Of a DNA stretch of 64,000 bases, positions 62,140 through 64,000 are shown in pieces. The stretch's first letter is position 1, and every line of letters begins with the position of its first letter. The stretch is from an uncultured Methylibium sp. Its GTDB lineage: Bacteria > Pseudomonadota > Gammaproteobacteria > Burkholderiales > Burkholderiaceae_C. The stretch spans positions 1,034-65,033 of the forward strand of contig CAZUUU010000002.1 in the NCBI GenBank assembly GCA_964622685.1, given 5' to 3'. The position numbers and the translations under genes are program-made. The notes beneath the pieces are model-generated. The model made no database searches and was not told where the DNA came from. It was given only the letters and a program-made list of their open reading frames with translations.

Positions 62140-64000
62140 TGCATAACGAGGTGATTCGCATCGCTGCCGGAGAGCTCAAGGGGCTCTATCGAGTAGTGCT
62201 GGACGAGCCGAGCATCGAGCGGGTCGTGGCAGTGAGGTTGGACGCCGCCGCAGAAGATGCCCGCCCCAAAGGGGGACGCAGGAAAAAGGAGAAAACCAAG
62301 CGGCCCCGCAGAAAGGCACCTGCTCCCTTGGTCGGTGGACTTCTTTGGCTGCCGCGTGGCGAATTGGAGTCATTAGATCGCGACCACCATCTGCTCCGTG
62401 CAGAGATCGATCTCGATCCAATTTTCTATCTTCCGACCTCGGTGGATGGTGACGAAGAAGTATTCGAATCCCGCAAAGCGGTGATGAAGGACTTCCTGTC
62501 TTTTCAGACTCTGCGCGACAGCATTCTTGTTCACTCCGGTCTCGGCGGCCTTGTGAAGGCCGTCATTCAATCGGCCACTGTAAGCAGAGCGCTGGTCTAC
62601 AAACTCTGGTCACTGTTATGTCGCCACGGCATCAGTGAAACGAGCTTACGTCCGATGCGCGAGAACTGTGGTGCACCGGGGGTAGCGCGCCCATGCGACC
62701 CAGGCGGGCGAGAGAAGGCGGGCCGGAAGACCAACAAGCAAAGGATCAACGCCAAGGTCGGAATCAAGTTGGCTCCCGAGCAGCCTGGTATGAGTACGGA
62801 CTGGCGTAACCGGATCATGGCGGCCGATCTGGCCATCCCTGAACCGAAACCGGAGATGCCAGCCCGCTACACGATGATCATCAACAGCCACTTCGTCGAT
62901 CGCTTCAAATACGTCGATGGCAAGTTGGTAGCCGTAGAGCCTGACAAGGCATCCGAGCTCGCGAAGCACAAGAAGAATGGCGGGAAGGCCGCCGAGGTTG
63001 ACCCTGAGAAAGGGGCGTACCCGAACTACCCACAGGTTCGTCGAGTGCTAGAGGTGGGAATCCCCCGGCTTGTGCAGCTTGCGCAGAGAACCACCGCCGG
63101 CCACTACAAACGCAGCCTGCGTGGCTTGCTGGCCAGAAACTGGAAGGGCGTCGCCGGGCCTGGGCACACCTATGCAATCGATTCGACCATTGGCGACATC
63201 TACTTGCGCTCTTCCGTGAATGCGGCCTGGATCATCGGCCGCCCCGTGGTTTACATCATCTGTGACGTTTGGTCGACTGCGATCGTGGGTTTTTACGTCT
63301 GCCTGCAAGGCCCAAGCTGGGCCATGGCGAAGCTCTCTCTGTTCAACACCGGCGCAGACCAAGCGCTGATCGCAGATTTGTGGGGCTATCACCCCCTGCA
63401 GACATTGTCGCCAGCACCTACTCTGCCTGCAGTGCTGATGTGCGACCGCGGGGAATACTTGTCCCGCGCGGCAAGTCAGACGGGTATGAAGCTGATTCCG
63501 GTATTGAGTTATGCACCACCGTACCGCCCGGACTTGAAGGGCATCGTCGAGGTTCTTCACCGCATCATGAAAGACAACCAGCGGTGCGATTTCATTCCCG
63601 GTGCTATTGACGCTCGCAGGGCAGAGATGGAGCTCCGCCGGTTCAACCCACATGACGGCATCTTTACCGTCCGCACGTTCGTCCACTACCTGCACACGAT
63701 CTTCACCAAATACAACCTCACTGCGGACCGCGAACACCGGCTGGACGCACACATGAAGGCTGCAGGGGTGTTTACCAGCCCTGCGGGTCTCTGGGTTTGG
63801 GGACACCGCATGGGTGTGGGGTTCCGTCGTGCTGTCCCGCAATCCGAGCTTATTACTTCGTTGCTCTTTGCCGATAGGGGCCGCGTGAGCCGCAACGGCG
63901 TGATGTACGCCGGCAGGCACTACAGCAATACCGAAGTAGATGAGCAGCAATGGACTGCGTATGCGCGGAACTTTGGTGGCTGGGACATTCCCTGTCACCA
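62130..64000 (+). CDS. tnsB: Tn7-like TnsB DDE transposase (partial, runs off the window)
   Basis: Manual translation from ATG 62130 (GAGGAGG RBS, overlaps tnsA): GPGHTYAIDSTIGDIYL (D), IGRPVVYIICDVWSTAIVGFY, LMCDRGE (D), PPYRPDLKGIVE (E). Confidence 0.9.
   Translation, partial: MELMHNEVIRIAAGELKGLYRVVLDEPSIERVVAVRLDAAAEDARPKGGRRKKEKTKRPRRKAPAPLVGGLLWLPRGELESLDRDHHLLRAEIDLDPIFYLPTSVDGDEEVFESRKAVMKDFLSFQTLRDSILVHSGLGGLVKAVIQSATVSRALVYKLWSLLCRHGISETSLRPMRENCGAPGVARPCDPGGREKAGRKTNKQRINAKVGIKLAPEQPGMSTDWRNRIMAADLAIPEPKPEMPARYTMIINSHFVDRFKYVDGKLVAVEPDKASELAKHKKNGGKAAEVDPEKGAYPNYPQVRRVLEVGIPRLVQLAQRTTAGHYKRSLRGLLARNWKGVAGPGHTYAIDSTIGDIYLRSSVNAAWIIGRPVVYIICDVWSTAIVGFYVCLQGPSWAMAKLSLFNTGADQALIADLWGYHPLQTLSPAPTLPAVLMCDRGEYLSRAASQTGMKLIPVLSYAPPYRPDLKGIVEVLHRIMKDNQRCDFIPGAIDARRAEMELRRFNPHDGIFTVRTFVHYLHTIFTKYNLTADREHRLDAHMKAAGVFTSPAGLWVWGHRMGVGFRRAVPQSELITSLLFADRGRVSRNGVMYAGRHYSNTEVDEQQWTAYARNFGGWDIPCH

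Larger units (their letters stand above)
41934..64000. mobile_element. Tn7-like transposon / genomic island (other end outside the window)
   Basis: TGT terminus with three spaced 19-bp repeats, visible drop in GC and codon bias from this point, tnsA-tnsB at 61243-64000. That the end and the tns genes belong to one element is inferred. Confidence 0.75.

Noticed and set aside
63048-63998. 316-aa minus-strand ORF
   Set aside because: Antisense to tnsB, which carries clear DDE motifs.
41934-64000. CRISPR-associated transposon or glmS-targeted canonical Tn7
   Set aside because: No cas gene, array, tniQ/tnsD or glmS is visible in the window. Not excluded for sequence beyond 64000.

Overview
GC-rich betaproteobacterial (Burkholderiales-like, inferred from the gene set) chromosomal window in two parts. 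1-41933 is host chromosome: rplM-rpsI, GNAT, DUF2726, srkA/rdoA kinase, htpG, cation:proton antiporter + ybdK, two tandem DUF4148-like secreted paralogs divergent from a heavy-metal two-component system, an AcoR-like sigma54 activator separated from its likely target flavin monooxygenase by two toxin-antitoxin pairs, a LysR-hydrolase-RND efflux operon, fumC, exeA/gspB, hns, a broken L,D-transpeptidase gene, an NrtR-SPFH-NAD-kinase-like module, an AraC-SDR pair and a few secreted hypotheticals. From 41934 to the window end composition becomes visibly less GC-rich. This part begins with a Tn7-left-end-like sequence (TGT plus three spaced 19-bp repeats) and ends with tnsA and a partial tnsB. Its cargo is the best candidate for an undescribed system: a translationally coupled four-gene operon in which two giant uncharacterised proteins (about 2600 aa with a twin-arginine signal, and about 1830 aa) are flanked by two paralogous secreted papain-like peptidase candidates. 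No tRNA, rRNA or CRISPR array was recognised. All family calls come from motif recognition by eye; no database searches were run.
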